This document shows, in pieces, positions 37,218 through 51,333 of a DNA stretch of 64,000 nucleotides (the stretch's first letter is position 1; the number at the start of each line of letters is the position of its first letter). The notes beneath the pieces were generated by a model, which saw only the letters and a list, made by a program, of their open reading frames with translations, ran no database searches and was not told the DNA's origin. Origin of the DNA: the human T2T-CHM13v2.0 reference genome, Homo sapiens. A program made the translations under genes and the position numbers. The stretch lies in assembly GCF_009914755.1 (NCBI RefSeq), contig NC_060948.1. One strand, 5' to 3'.

Positions 37218-40200
37218 ATAGAATGAAAGAGAATCAAATGGAATTGAATCGAATGCAATCGAATGGATTGGAAAGGAATAGAATGGAATGGAATGGAATT
37301 GACTCAAATGGAATGGACTAGAATGGAATGGATTCGAATGGAAGGCAAAGGAATGGAATCTATCGGAATGGACAGCAATGGAATGGAAAGGAAGGGATTG
37401 GAATGGACTCGAATGGAATGGACTGCAATAGAAAGGATTCGAATGGAATGAAAAAGAATTGAATGGAATAGAACAGAATGGAATCAAATCGAATGAAATG
37501 GAATGGAATAGAAAGGAATGGAATGAAATGGAATGGAAAGGATTCGAATGGAATGCAATCGAATGGAATGGAATCGAACGGAATGGAATAAAATGGAAGA
37601 AAACTGGCAAGAAATGGAATCGAAATGAATGGAGTGTTATGGAACGGACTCCAAAGGAATTGAATGTAATAGAATGGAGTGGAGTGGACTCGAATATAAT
37701 GGACTGGAATGGAATGAAATCACATGGAATGGGAACGAATGGAATGGAATGGAAAGGAATGGAATCGAATGGAAAGGAATCGAATGGAAGGGAATGAAAT
37801 TGAATCAACAGGAATGGAAGGGAATAGAATAGACGGTAATGGAATGGACTCGAATAGAATGGACACGAATGCTCAAATTGAATGGACTCGAATGGAATGG
37901 AAACGAAAGGAATGTCATGGAATGGAATTGAATCGATTGGAATGAAATGGCATAGAATGGAGTGGAATCAAATGGAATTGAATCGAAAGGAAAGGAAGCG
38001 AATGGACTGAAATGAAATGGAATGGAATTGAATGGAAAGTAAAGCAATGGAATAGAATGGAACGAAATTTCACGGAATGGAATCAAACTGAATGGAATCA
38101 AATCAATGGAATATAATCAAATGGAATGGAAAGGAATTGAATGGAGTAGATGGGATTGGATGGGATTGGAATGAAATGTACTGGAAAGGACTCGAATTTC
38201 ATGAAACGGAATGGAATGAATTGGAACGGAATGGACTCGAATGGAATGGAATGTCATGGAATGGCATCAAATGGAATAGCATCAAATGGAATGGAATCGA
38301 ATGCAATGGAATGCTATGGAATGGAATGGAATGCATTGGAATGGAATGTCCTCTAATGGAATGGATTCGAGTGGAATGGAATCGAATATAATGGAGTCGA
38401 ATGAAATGGAATTGAAAGGAATGGGATCGAATACAATGGAATATACTGGAATGTAATGTAATGAACTCGAATGTAATTGACTGGAATGGAATGTACATGA
38501 ATGGAATGTAATCGAATGGAAAGTAATCCAATGGAATAGAATCTAATGCAATAAAATCGACTCAGATAGAGTAGAATGTAATGGAATGGAGTGCAGTGCA
38601 ATGGAATGGAATGGAATGGAATGCAATGGAATGGAATGGAATGGGATGGAATGGTATGGAATGGATAGTAATGGACTGGAGTGAAATGGACTGGAAAGGA
38701 ATGGACTCAAATTGAAAGGGCTCGAAAGGAATGGAGTCAAATGGAATGGTCTGGAATGGAATGAACACGAATGTAATGCAATCCAATAGAATGGAATCGA
38801 ATGGCATGGAATATAAAGAAATGGAATCGAAGAGAATGGAAACAAACGGAATGGAATTGAATGGAATGGAATTGAATGGAATGGGAACGAATGGAGTGAA
38901 ATTGTATGCAGTAGAAGAGAATAGAATGGAATGCAAGCGAAAGGAAAGGAATGGATTGGAATGGAATGGAATTCATGAGAATGGAAGGGAATGTAGTTTA
39001 ATGGACAGGCCTGGAATAAAGTGGAATGCTACGGTCTCGAATGGAATAAAAATGTATGGAATGGAATGCAAAGAAACGGAATCGAATGTCATAGAATGTA
39101 ATGGAATGCAAAAAAATGGACTCCAAAATCATTGACTGGAAAGGCTGGGTGTCGAAAGGAATTGACTCCAATGGAATGGAATCGAATGGAATGGAAGTGA
39201 ATAGAATCGAACTAAATCGAATGGAATGGAATTGATAGGAACGGAATGGAAAGGAATGAAATGATTTGGCATGGAATGGAATCGAATGGCATCGAATGGA
39301 ATGGAATGGAATGCAATGCAATGGAATGTATTAGAATGTAATGAACTTTAATGGAATGTACTCGAATGGATTCGACTGGAATGGAATGTTCTGGAAGTGA
39401 ATGGACTCCAATGGAATGGATTCAAAAGGAATGGAATCGTACGGAATGGAATCTAATGGAATGGAATTAAATGGAAATGAATGAAATTGAATAGCACGGA
39501 ATTGAATTGAATGGAATCGAATGCAATGGAATCTAATGAAACGGAAAGGAAAGGAATGGAATGGAATGGGCTGGAATGGAAAGGAATCGAAACGAATGGA
39601 ATGGAATCGAACTGAAGAGACTGGAATGGAATGCACTGGAATGGAAGGGAGTGTAATGGAAGGTTCTCGAAAAAAATGGAATCGAATGGAATGGAATTGA
39701 ATGGAACGGAATAGAGTCGAATGGAATTGAATGGAATGGAATGGACTAGAGTGAAATGGAATCGAACCACAAGGAATGGACAGGAATAGAATGGTCTCGA
39801 ATTGAATGGAATCGTATGGAATGGCATCAAACGGAATGGAATGGACAGCCACGGAATGGAATGCACTCGAATGCAATGGAGTCGAAACTAATGGACTGGA
39901 ATAGAATGGACTCGACTGGTACGGACTCCAATGGAATGGAATCGAATGGAAGGGAATCGAACGGAATGGACTCGAAGGGAAAAGACTGCAATGGAAAGGT
40001 CTCGAATGGAATGGAAATTAATGGAATGGAATGGAATCGAATGAAATGGAGTCAAAAGGAATGGAATCGAATGGCAAGAAATCGAATGTAATGGAATCGC
40101 AAGGAATTGATGTGAACGGAACGGAATGGAATGGAATCCAAAGAAATGGAATAGAATGGAATGGAATCGAATGGAAAGAACTCGAATGGAAATCACTCGA

Positions 40201-40746
40201 ATAGAATGCAATTTAATAAAATAGGATGAAATGTAACGGAATGGAATGTAAAGGAATCGAAACGAAAGGAATGGAGACAGATGGAATGGAATGGAACAGA
40301 GAGCAATGGTATAGAATGGAATGGAATCATCTGGAATGGAATTGAATGGAATGGAATAATATGAAATGGAATGGAATGGAATGGAATGCCCTTGAATTAA
40401 ATGGACTGGAATGGAATGGACTCGAACAGAGTGGAATGGAAAGTGTTGAGATAGAATGGAATGGACTCCTTTGGAATGGTCTAGTATGCAATGCAATGGA
40501 CTGGCAGGGAATCAAAAGGAATGTAATCGAATGGATTGGACTGGAATGCAATGGACTCGAATAGATTGGAAACGGAATGCAAAGGAATGGAATGGAATAG
40601 TATGGAATGGAATGGAAAGGAATGGAGTGGAATAGACTAGAGTGGAATGGAATGGACTCGAAAGCAATGGACTGGAATGGAACTTTCTTGAATGGACTGG
40701 AATCAAACGGAATGGAATGCAATGCAATCAAATGGCATGGAATAAA
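37218..40746 (+). repeat. Unit U12 (3529 bp); first half is a copy of U10
   Basis: Spacing 37263->40792; one pentamer missing at ~39555-39570. Confidence 0.92.
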
Positions 40747-43700
40747 ATAGAATGAAAGAGAATCAAATGGAATTGAATCGAATGCAATCGAATGGATTGG
40801 AAAGGAATAGAATGGAATGGAATGGAATTGACTCAAATGGAATGGACTAGAATGGAATGGATTCGAATGGAAGGCAAAGGAATGGAATCTATTGGAATGG
40901 ACAGCAATGGAATGGAAAGGAAGGGATTGGAATGGACTCGAATGGAATGGACTGCAATAGAAAGGATTCGAATGGAATGAAAAAGAATTGAATGGAATAG
41001 AACAGAATGGAATCAAATCGAATGAAATGGAATGGAATAAATAGGAATGGAATGAAATGGAATGGAAAGGATTCGAATGGAATGCAATCGAATGGAATGG
41101 AATCGAACGGAATGGAATAAAATGGAAGAAAACTGGCAAGAAATGGAATCGAAATGAATGGAGTGTTATGGAACGGACTCCAAAGGAATTGAATGTAATA
41201 GAATGGAGTGGAGTGGACTCGAATATAATGGACTGGAATGGAATGAAATCACATGGAATGGGAACGAATGGAATGGAATGGAAAGGAATGGAATCGAATG
41301 GAAAGGAATTGAATGGAAGGGAATGAAATTGAATCAACAGGAATGGAAGGGAATAGAATAGACGGTAATGGAATGGACTCGAATAGAATGGACACGAATG
41401 CTCAAATTGAATGGACTCGAATGGAATGGAAACGAAAGGAATGTCATCGAATGGAATTGAATCGATTGGAACGAAATCGCATAGAATGGAGTGGAATCAA
41501 ATGGAATTGAATCGAAAGGAAAGGAAGCGAATGGACTGAAATGAAATGGAATGGAATTGAATGGAAAGTAAAGCAATGGAATAGAATGGAACGAAATTTC
41601 ACGGAATGGAATCAAACTGAATGGAATCAAATCAATGGAATATAATCAAATGGAATGGAAAGGAATTGAATGGAGTAGATGGGATTGGATGGGATTGGAA
41701 TGAAATGTACTGGAAAGGACTCGAATTTCATGAAACGGAATGGAATGAATTGGAACGGAATGGACTCGAATGGAATGGAATGTCATGGAATGGCATCAAA
41801 TGGAATGGAATCGAATGCAATGGAATGCATTGGAATGGAATGTCCTCTAATGGAATGGATTCGAGTGGAATGGAATCGAATATAATGGAGTCGAATGAAA
41901 TGGAATTGAAAGGAATGGGATCGAATACAATGGAATATACTGGAATGTAATGTAATGAACTCGAATGTAATTGACTGGAATGGAATGTACATGAATGGAA
42001 TGTAATCGAATGGAAAGTAATCCAATGGAATAGAATCTAATGCAATAAAATCGACTCAGATAGAGTAGAATGTAATGGAATGGAGTGCAGTGCAATGGAA
42101 TGGAATGGAATGGAATGCAATGGAATGGAATGGAATGGATTGGAATGGGATGGAATGGTATGGAATGGATAGTAATGGACTGGAGTGAAATGGACTGGAA
42201 AGGAATGAACTCAAATTGAAAGGGCTCGAAAGGAATGGAGTCAATTGGAATGGTCTGGAATGGAATGAACACGAATGTAATGCAATCCAATAGAATGGAA
42301 TCGAATGGCATGGAATATAAAGAAATGGAATCGAAGAGAATGGAAACAAATGGAATGGAATTGAATGGAATGGAATTGAATGGAATGGGAACGAATGGAG
42401 TGAAATTGTATGCAGTAGAAGAGAATAGAATGGAATGCAAGCGAAAGGAAAGGAATGGATTGGAATGGAATGGAATTCATTGGAATGGAAGGGAATGTAG
42501 TGTAATGGACAGGCCTGGAATAAAGTGGAATGCTACGGTCTCGAATGGAATAAAAATGTATGGAATGGAATGCAATGAAACGGAATCGAATGTCATAGAA
42601 TGTAATGGAATGCAAAAAAATGGACTCCAAAATCATTGACTGGAAAGGCTGGGTGTCGAAAGGAATTGACTCCAATGGAATGGAATCGAATGGAATGGAA
42701 GTGAATAGAATCGAACTAAATCGAATGGAATGGAATTGATAGGAACGGAATGGAAAGGAATGAAATGATTTGGCATGGAATGGAATCGAATGGCATCGAA
42801 TGGAATGGAATGGAATGCAATGCAATGGAATGTATTAGAATGTAATGAACTATAATGGAATGTACTCGAATGGATTCGACTGGAATGAAATGTTCTGGAA
42901 GTGAATGGACTCCAATGGAATGGATTGAAAAGGAATGGAATCGTACGGAATGGAATCTAATGGAATGGAATTAAATGGAAATGAATGAAATTGAATAGCA
43001 CGGAATTGAATTGAATGGAATCGAATGCAATGGAATCTAATGAAACGGAAAGGAAAGGAATGGAATGGAATGGAATGGGCTGGAATGGAAAGGAATCGAA
43101 ACGAATGGAATGGAATCGAACTGAAGAGACTGGAATGGAATGCACTGGAATGGAAGGGAGTGTAATGGAAGGTTCTCGAAAAAAATGGAATCGAATGGAA
43201 TGGAATTGAATGGAACGGAATAGAGTCGAATGGAATTGAATGGAATGGAATGGACTAGAGTGAAATGGAATCGAACCACAAGGAATGGACAGGAATAGAA
43301 TGGTCTCGAATTGAATGGAATCGTATGGAATGGCATCAAACGGAATGGAATGGACAGCCACGGAATGGAATGCACTCGAATGCAATGGAGTCGAAACTAA
43401 TGGACTGGAATAGAATGGACTCGACTGGTACGGACTCCAATGGAATGGAATCGAATGGAAGGGAATCGAACGGAATGGACTCGAAGGGAAAAGACTGCAA
43501 TGGAAAGGTCTCGAATGGAATGGAAATTAATGGAATGGAATGGAATCGAATGAAATGGAGTCAAAAGGAATGGAATCGAATGGCAAGAAATCGAATGTAA
43601 TGGAATCGCAAGGAATTGATGTGAACGGAACGGAATGGAATGGAATCCAAAGAAATGGAATAGAATGGAATGGAATCGAATGGAAAGAACTCGAATGGAA

Positions 43701-44255
43701 ATCACTCGAATAGAATGCAATTTAATAAAATAGGATGAAATGTAAGGGAATGGAATGGAAAGGAATCGAAACGAAAGGAATGGAGACAGATGGAATGGAA
43801 TGGAACAGAGAGCAATGGTATAGAATGGAATGGAATCATCTGGAATGGAATTGAATGGAATGGAATAATATGAAATGGAATGGAATGGAATGGAATGCCC
43901 TTGAATTAAATGGACTGGAATGGAATGGACTCGAACAGAGTGGAATGGAAAGTGTTGAGATAGAATGGAATGGACTCCTTTGGAATGGTCTAGTATGCAA
44001 TGCAATGGACTGGCAGGGAATCAAAAGGAATGTAATCGAATGGATTGGACTGGAATGCAATGGACTCGAATAGATTGGAAACGGAATGCAAAGGAATGGA
44101 ATGGAATAGTATGGAATGGAATGGAAAGGAATGGAGTGGAATAGACTAGAGTGGAATGGAATGGACTCGAAAGCAATGGACTGGAATGGAACTTTCTTGA
44201 ATGGACTGGAATCAAACGGAATGGAATGCAATGCAATCAAATGGCATGGAATAAA
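40747..44255 (+). repeat. Unit U13 (3509 bp)
   Basis: Spacing 40792->44301; -15 and -20 bp at ~41790-41830, +10 bp at ~42130. Confidence 0.92.
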
Positions 44256-47200
44256 ATAGAATGAAAGACAATCAAATGGAATTGAATCGAATGGAATCGA
44301 ATGGATTGGAAAGGAATAGAATGGAATGGAATGGAATTGACTCAAATGGAATGGACTAGAATGGAATGGATTCGAATGGAAGGCAAAGGAATGGAATCTA
44401 TCGGAATGGACAGCAATGGAATGGAAAGGAAGGGATTGGAATGGACTCGAATGGAATGGACTGCAATAGAAAGGATTCGAATGGAATGAAAAAGAATTGA
44501 ATGGAATAGAACAGAATGGAATCAAATCGAATGAAATGGAATGGAATAGAAAGGAATGGAATGAAATGGAATGGAAAGGATTCGAATGGAATGCAATCGA
44601 ATGGAATGGAATCGAACGGAATGGAATAAAATGGAAGCAAACTGGCAAGAAATGGAATCGAAATGAATGGATTGTTATGGAACGGACTCCAAAGGAATTG
44701 AATGTAATAGAATGGAGTGGAGTGGACTCGAATATAATGGACTGGAATGGAATGAAATCACATGGAATGGGAACGAATGGAATGGAATGGAAAGGAATGG
44801 AATCGAATGGAAAGGAATCGAATGGAAGGGAATGAAATTGAATCAACAGGAATGGAAGGGAATAGAATAGATGGTAATGGAATGGACTCGAATAGAATGG
44901 ACACGAATGCTCAAATTGAATGGACTCGAATGGAATGGAAACGAAAGGAATGTCATCGAATGGAATTGAATCGATTGGAATGAAATCGCATAGAATGGAG
45001 TGGAATCAAATGGAATTGAATCGAAAGGAAAGGAAGCGAATGGACTGAAATGAAATGGAATGGAATTGAATGGAAAGTAAAGCAATGGAATAGAATGGAA
45101 CGAAATTTCACGGAATGGAATCAAACTGAATGGAATCAAATCAATGGAATATAATCAAATGGAATGGAAAGGAATTGAATGGAGTAGATGGGATTGGATG
45201 GGATTGGAATGAAATGTACTGGAAAGGACTCGAATTTCATGAAACGGAATGGAATGAATTGGAACGGAATGGACTCGAATGGAATGGAATGTCATGGAAT
45301 GGCATCAAATGGAATGGAATCGAATGCAATGGAATGCTATGGAATGGAATGGAATGCATTGGAATGGAATGTCCTCTAATGGAATGGATTCGAGTGGAAT
45401 GGAATCGAATATAATGGAGTCGAATGAAATGGAATTGAAAGGAATGGGATCGAATACAATGGAATATACTGGAATGTAATGTAATGAACTCGAATGTAAT
45501 TGACTGGAATGGAATGTACATGAATGGAATGTAATCGAATGGAAAGTAATCCAATGGAATAGAATCTAATGCAATAAAATCGACTCAGATAGAGTAGAAT
45601 GTAATGGAATGGAGTGCAGTGCAATGGAATGGAATGGAATGGAATGCAATGGAATGGAATGGAATGGGATGGAATGGTATGGAATGGATAGTAATGGACT
45701 GGAGTGAAATGGACTGGAAAGGAATGGACTCAAATTGAAAGGGCTCGAAAGGAATGGAGTCAAATGGAATGGTCTGGAATGGAATGAACACGAATGTAAT
45801 GCAATCCAATAGAATGGAATCGAATGGCATGGAATATAAAGAAATGGAATCGAAGAGAATGGAAACAAACGGAATGGAATTGAATGGAATGGAATTGAAT
45901 GGAATGGGAACGAATGGAGTGAAATTGTATGCAGTAGAAGAGAATAGAATGGAATGCAAGCGAAAGGAAAGGAATGGATTGGAATGGAATGGAATTCATT
46001 GGAATGGAAGGGAATGTAGTGTAATGGACAGGCCTGGAATAAAGTGGAATGCTACGGTCTCGAATGGAATAAAAATGTATGGAATGGAATGCAATGAAAC
46101 GGAATCGAATGTCATAGAATGTAATGGAATGCAAAAAAATGGAATCCAAAATCATTGACTGGAAAGGCTGGGTGTCGAAAGGAATTGACTCCAATGGAAT
46201 GGAATCGAATGGAATGGAAGTGAATAGAATCGAACTAAATCGAATGGAATGGAATTGATAGGAACGGAATGGAAAGGAATGCAATGATTTGGCATGGAAT
46301 GGAATCGAATGGCATCGAATGGAATGGAATGGAATGCAATGCAATGGAATGTATTAGAATGTAATGAACTTTAATGGAATGTACTCGAATGGATTCGACT
46401 GGAATGGAATGTTCTGGAAGTGAATGGACTCCAATGGAATGGATTCAAAAGGAATGGAATCGTACGGAATGGAATCTAATGGAATGGAATTAAATGGAAA
46501 TGAATGAAATTGAATAGCACGGAATTGAATTGAATGGAATCGAATGCAATGGAATCTAATGAAACGGAAAGGAAAGGAATGGAATGGAATGGAATGGGCT
46601 GGAATGGAAAGGAATCGAAACGAATGGAATGGAATCAAACTGAAGAGACTGGAATGGAATGCACTGGAATGGAAGGGAGTGTAATGGAAGGTTCTCCAAA
46701 AAAATGGAATCGAATGGAATGGAATTGAATGGAACGGAATAGAGTCGAATGGAATTGAATGGAATGGAATGGACTAGAGTGAAATGGAATCGAACCACAA
46801 GGAATGGACAGGAATAGAATGGTCTCGAATTGAATGGAATCGTATGGAATGGCATCAAACGGAATGGAATGGACAGCCACGGAATGGAATGCACTCGAAT
46901 GCAATGGAGTCGAAACTAATGGACTGGAATAGAATGGACTCGACTGGTACGGACTCCAATGGAATGGAATCGAATGGAAGGGAATCGAACGGAATGGACT
47001 CGAAGGGAAAAGACTGCAATGGAAAGGTCTCGAATGGAATGGAAATTAATGGAATGGAATGGAATCGAATGAAATGGAGTCAAAAGGAATGGAATCGAAT
47101 GGCAAGAAATCAAATGTAATGGAATCGCAAGGAATTGATGTGAACGGAACGGAATGGAATGGAATCCAAAGAAATGGAATAGAATGGAATGGAATCGAAT

Positions 47201-47774
47201 GGAAAGAACTCGAATGGAAATCACTCGAATAGAATGCAATTTAATAAAATAGGATGAAATGTAAGGGAATGGAATGGAAAGGAATCGAAACGAAAGGAAT
47301 GGAGACAGATGGAATGGAATTTAACAGAGAGCAATGGTATAGAATGGAATGGAATCATCTGGAATGGAATTGAATGGAATGGAATAATATGAAATGGAAT
47401 GGAATGGAATGGAATGCCCTTGAATTAAATGGACTGGAATGGAATGGACTCGAACAGAGTGGAATGGAAAGTGTTGAGATAGAATGGAATGGACTCCTTT
47501 GGAATGGTCTAGTATGCAATGCAATGGACTGGCAGGGAATCAAAAGGAATGTAATCGAATGGATTGGACTGGAATGCAATGGACTCGAATAGATTGGAAA
47601 CGGAATGCAAAGGAATGGAATGGAATAGTATGGAATGGAATGGAAACGAATGGAGTGGAATAGACTAGAGTGGAATGGAATGGACTCGAAAGCAATGGAC
47701 TGGAATGGAACTTTCTTGAATGGACTGGAATCAAACGGAATGGAATGCAATGCAATCAAATGGCATGGAATAAA
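44256..47774 (+). repeat. Unit U14 (3519 bp)
   Basis: Spacing 44301->47820; -15 bp at ~45310. Confidence 0.92.
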
Positions 47775-50700
47775 ATAGAATGAAAGAGAATCAAATGGAA
47801 TTGAATCGAATGCAATCGAATGGATTGGAAAGGAATAGAATGGAATGGAATGGAATTGACTCAAATGGAATGGACTAGAATGGAATGGATTCGAATGGAA
47901 GGCAAAGGAATGGAATCTATTGGAATGGACAGCAATGGAATGGAAAGGAAGGGATTGGAATGGACTCGAATGGAATGGACTGCAATAGAAAGGATTCGAA
48001 TGGAATGAAAAAGAATTGAATGGAATAGAACAGAATGGAATCAAATCGAATGAAATGGAATGGAATAGAAAGGAATGGAATGAAATGGAATGGAAAGGAT
48101 TCGAATGGAATGCAATCGAATGGAATGGAATCGAACGGAATGGAATAAAATGGAAGAAAACTGGCAAGAAATGGAATCGAAATGAATGGAGTGTTATGGA
48201 ACGGACTCCAAAGGAATTGAATGTAATAGAATGGAGTGGAGTGGACTCGAATATAATGGACTGGAATGGAATGAAATCACATGGAATGGGAACGAATGGA
48301 ATGGAATGGAAAGGAATGGAATCGAATGGAAAGGAATCGAATGGAAGGGAATGAAATTGAATCAACAGGAATGGAAGGGAATAGAATAGACGGTAATGGA
48401 ATGGACTCGAATAGAATGGACACGAATGCTCAAATTGAATGGACTCGAATGGAATGGAAACGAAAGGAATGTCATCGAATGGAATTGAATCGATTGGAAT
48501 GAAATCGCATAGAATGGAGTGGAATCAAATGGAATTGAATCGAAAGGAAAGGAAGCGAATGGACTGAAATGAAATGGAATGGAATTGAATGGAAAGTAAA
48601 GCAATGGAATAGAATGGAACGAAATTTCACGGAATGGAATCAAACTGAATGGAATCAAATCAATGGAATATAATCAAATGGAATGGAAAGGAATTGAATG
48701 GAGTAGATGGGATTGGATGGGATTGGAATGAAATGTACTGGAAAGGACTCGAATTTCATGAAACGGAATGGAATGAATTGGAACGGAATGGACTCGAATG
48801 GAATGGAATGTCATGGAATGGCATCAAATGGAATGGAATCGAATGCAATGGAATGCTATGGAATGGAATGGAATGCATTGGAATGGAATATCCTCTAATG
48901 GAATGGATTCGAGTGGAATGGAATCGAATATAATGGAGTCGAATGAAATGGAATTGAAAGGAATGGGATCGAATACAATGGAATATACTGGAATGTAATG
49001 TAATGAACTCGAATGTAATTGACTGGAATGGAATGTACATGAATGGAATGTAATCGAATGGAAAGTAATCCAATGGAATAGAATCTAATGCAATAAAATC
49101 GACTCAGATAGAGTAGAATGTAATGGAATGGAGTGCAGTGCAATGGAATGGAATGGAATGGAATGCAATGGAATGGAATGGAATGGGATGGAATGGTATG
49201 GAATAGAATGGAATGGAATGGAATGGGATGGAATGGTATGGAATGGATAGTAATGGACTGGAGTGAAATGGACTGGAAAGGAATGGACTCAAATTAAAAG
49301 GGCTCGAAAGGAATGGAGTCAAATGGAATGGTCTGGAATGGAATGAACACGAATGTAATGCAATCCAATAGAATGGAATCGAATGGCATGGAATATAAAG
49401 AAATGGAATCGAAGAGAATGGAAACAAACGGAATGGAATTGAATGGAATGGAATTGAATGGAATGGGAACGAATGGAGTGAAATTGTATGCAGTAGAAGA
49501 GAATAGAATGGAATGCAAGCGAAAGGAAAGGAATGGATTGGAATGGAATGGAATTCATTGGAATGGAAGGGAATGTAATGTAACGGACAGGCCTGGAATA
49601 AAGTGGAATGCTACGGTCTCGAATGGAATAAAAATGTATGGAATGGAATGCAATGAAACGGAATCGAATGTCATAGAATGTAATGGAATGCAAAAAAATG
49701 GACTCCAAAATCATTGACTGGAAAGGCTGGGTGTCGAAAGGAATTGACTCCAATGGAATGGAATCGAATGGAATGGAAGTGAATAAAATCGAACTAAATC
49801 GAATGGAATGGAATTGATAGGAACGGAATGGAAAGGAATGAAATGATTTGGCATGGAATGGAATCGAATGGCATCGAATGGAATGGAATGGAATGCAATG
49901 CAATGGAATGTAGTAGAATATAATGAACTTTAATGGAATGTACTCGAATGGATTCGACTGGAATGGAATGTTCTGGAAGTGAATGGACTCCAATGGAATG
50001 GATTGAAAAGGAATGGAATCGTACGGAATGGAATCTAATGGAATGGAATTAAATGGAAATGAATCAAATTGAATAGCACGGAATTGAATTGAATGGAATC
50101 GAATGCAATGGAATCTAATGAAACGGAAAGGAAAGGAATGGAATGGAATGGAATGGGCTGGAATGGAAAGGAATCGAAACGAATGGAATGGAATCGAACT
50201 GAAGAGACTGGAATGGAATGCAGTGGAATGGAAGGGAGTGTAATGGAAGGTTCTCGAAAAAAATGGAATCGAATGGAATGGAATTGAATGGAACGGAATA
50301 GAGTCGAATGGAATTGAATGGAATGGAATGGACTAGAGTGAAATGGAATCGAACCACAAGGAATGGACAGGAATAGAATGGTCTCGAATTGAATGGAATC
50401 GTATGGAATGGCATCAAACGGAATGGAATGGACAGCCACGGAATGGAATGCACTCGAATGCAATGGAGTCGAAACTAATGGACTGGAATAGAATGGACTC
50501 GACTGGTACGGACTCCAATGGAATGGAATCGAATTGAAGGGAATCGAACGGAATGGACTCGAAGGGAAAAGACTGCAATGGAAAGGTCTCGAATGGAATG
50601 GAAATTAATGGAATGGAATGGAATCGAATGAAATGGAGTCAAAAGGAATGGAATCGAATGGCAAGAAATCGAATGTAATGGAATCGCAAGGAATTGATGT

Positions 50701-51333
50701 GAACGGAACGGAATGGAATGGAATCCAAAGAAATGGAATAGAATGCAATGGAATCGAATGGAAAGAACTCGAATGGAAATCACTCGAATAGAATGCAATT
50801 TAATAAAATAGGATGAAATGTAATGGAATGGAATGGAAAGGAATCGAAACGAAAGGAATGGAGACAGATGGAATGGAATGGAACAGAGAGCAATGGTATA
50901 GAATGGAATGGAATCATCTGGAATGGAATTGAATGGAATGGAATAATATGAAATGGAATGGAATGGAATGGAATGCCCTTGAATTAAATGGACTGGAATG
51001 GAATGGACTCGAACAGAGTGGAATGGAAAGTGTTGAGATAGAATGGAATGGACTCCTTTGGAATGGTCTAGTATGCAATGCAATCGACTGGCAGGGAATC
51101 AAAAGGAATGTAATCGAATGGATTGGACTGGAATGCAATGGACTCGAATAGATTGGAAACGGAATGCAAAGGAATGGAATGGAATAGTATGGAATGGAAT
51201 GGAAAGGAATGGAGTGGAATAGACTAGAGTGGAATGGAATGGACTCGAAAGCAATGGACTGGAATGGAACTTTCTTGAATGGACTGGAATCAAACGGAAT
51301 GGAATGCAATGCAATCAAATGGCATGGAATAAA
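47775..51333 (+). repeat. Unit U15 (3559 bp)
   Basis: Spacing 47820->51379; -15 bp at ~48830, +40 bp at ~49200. Confidence 0.92.

Larger units (their letters stand above)
25000..39140 (+). repeat. Recent 7068-bp (two-unit) tandem duplication; boundaries approximate
   Basis: Multiple private variants recur at a +7068 offset (see findings). Confidence 0.9.
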
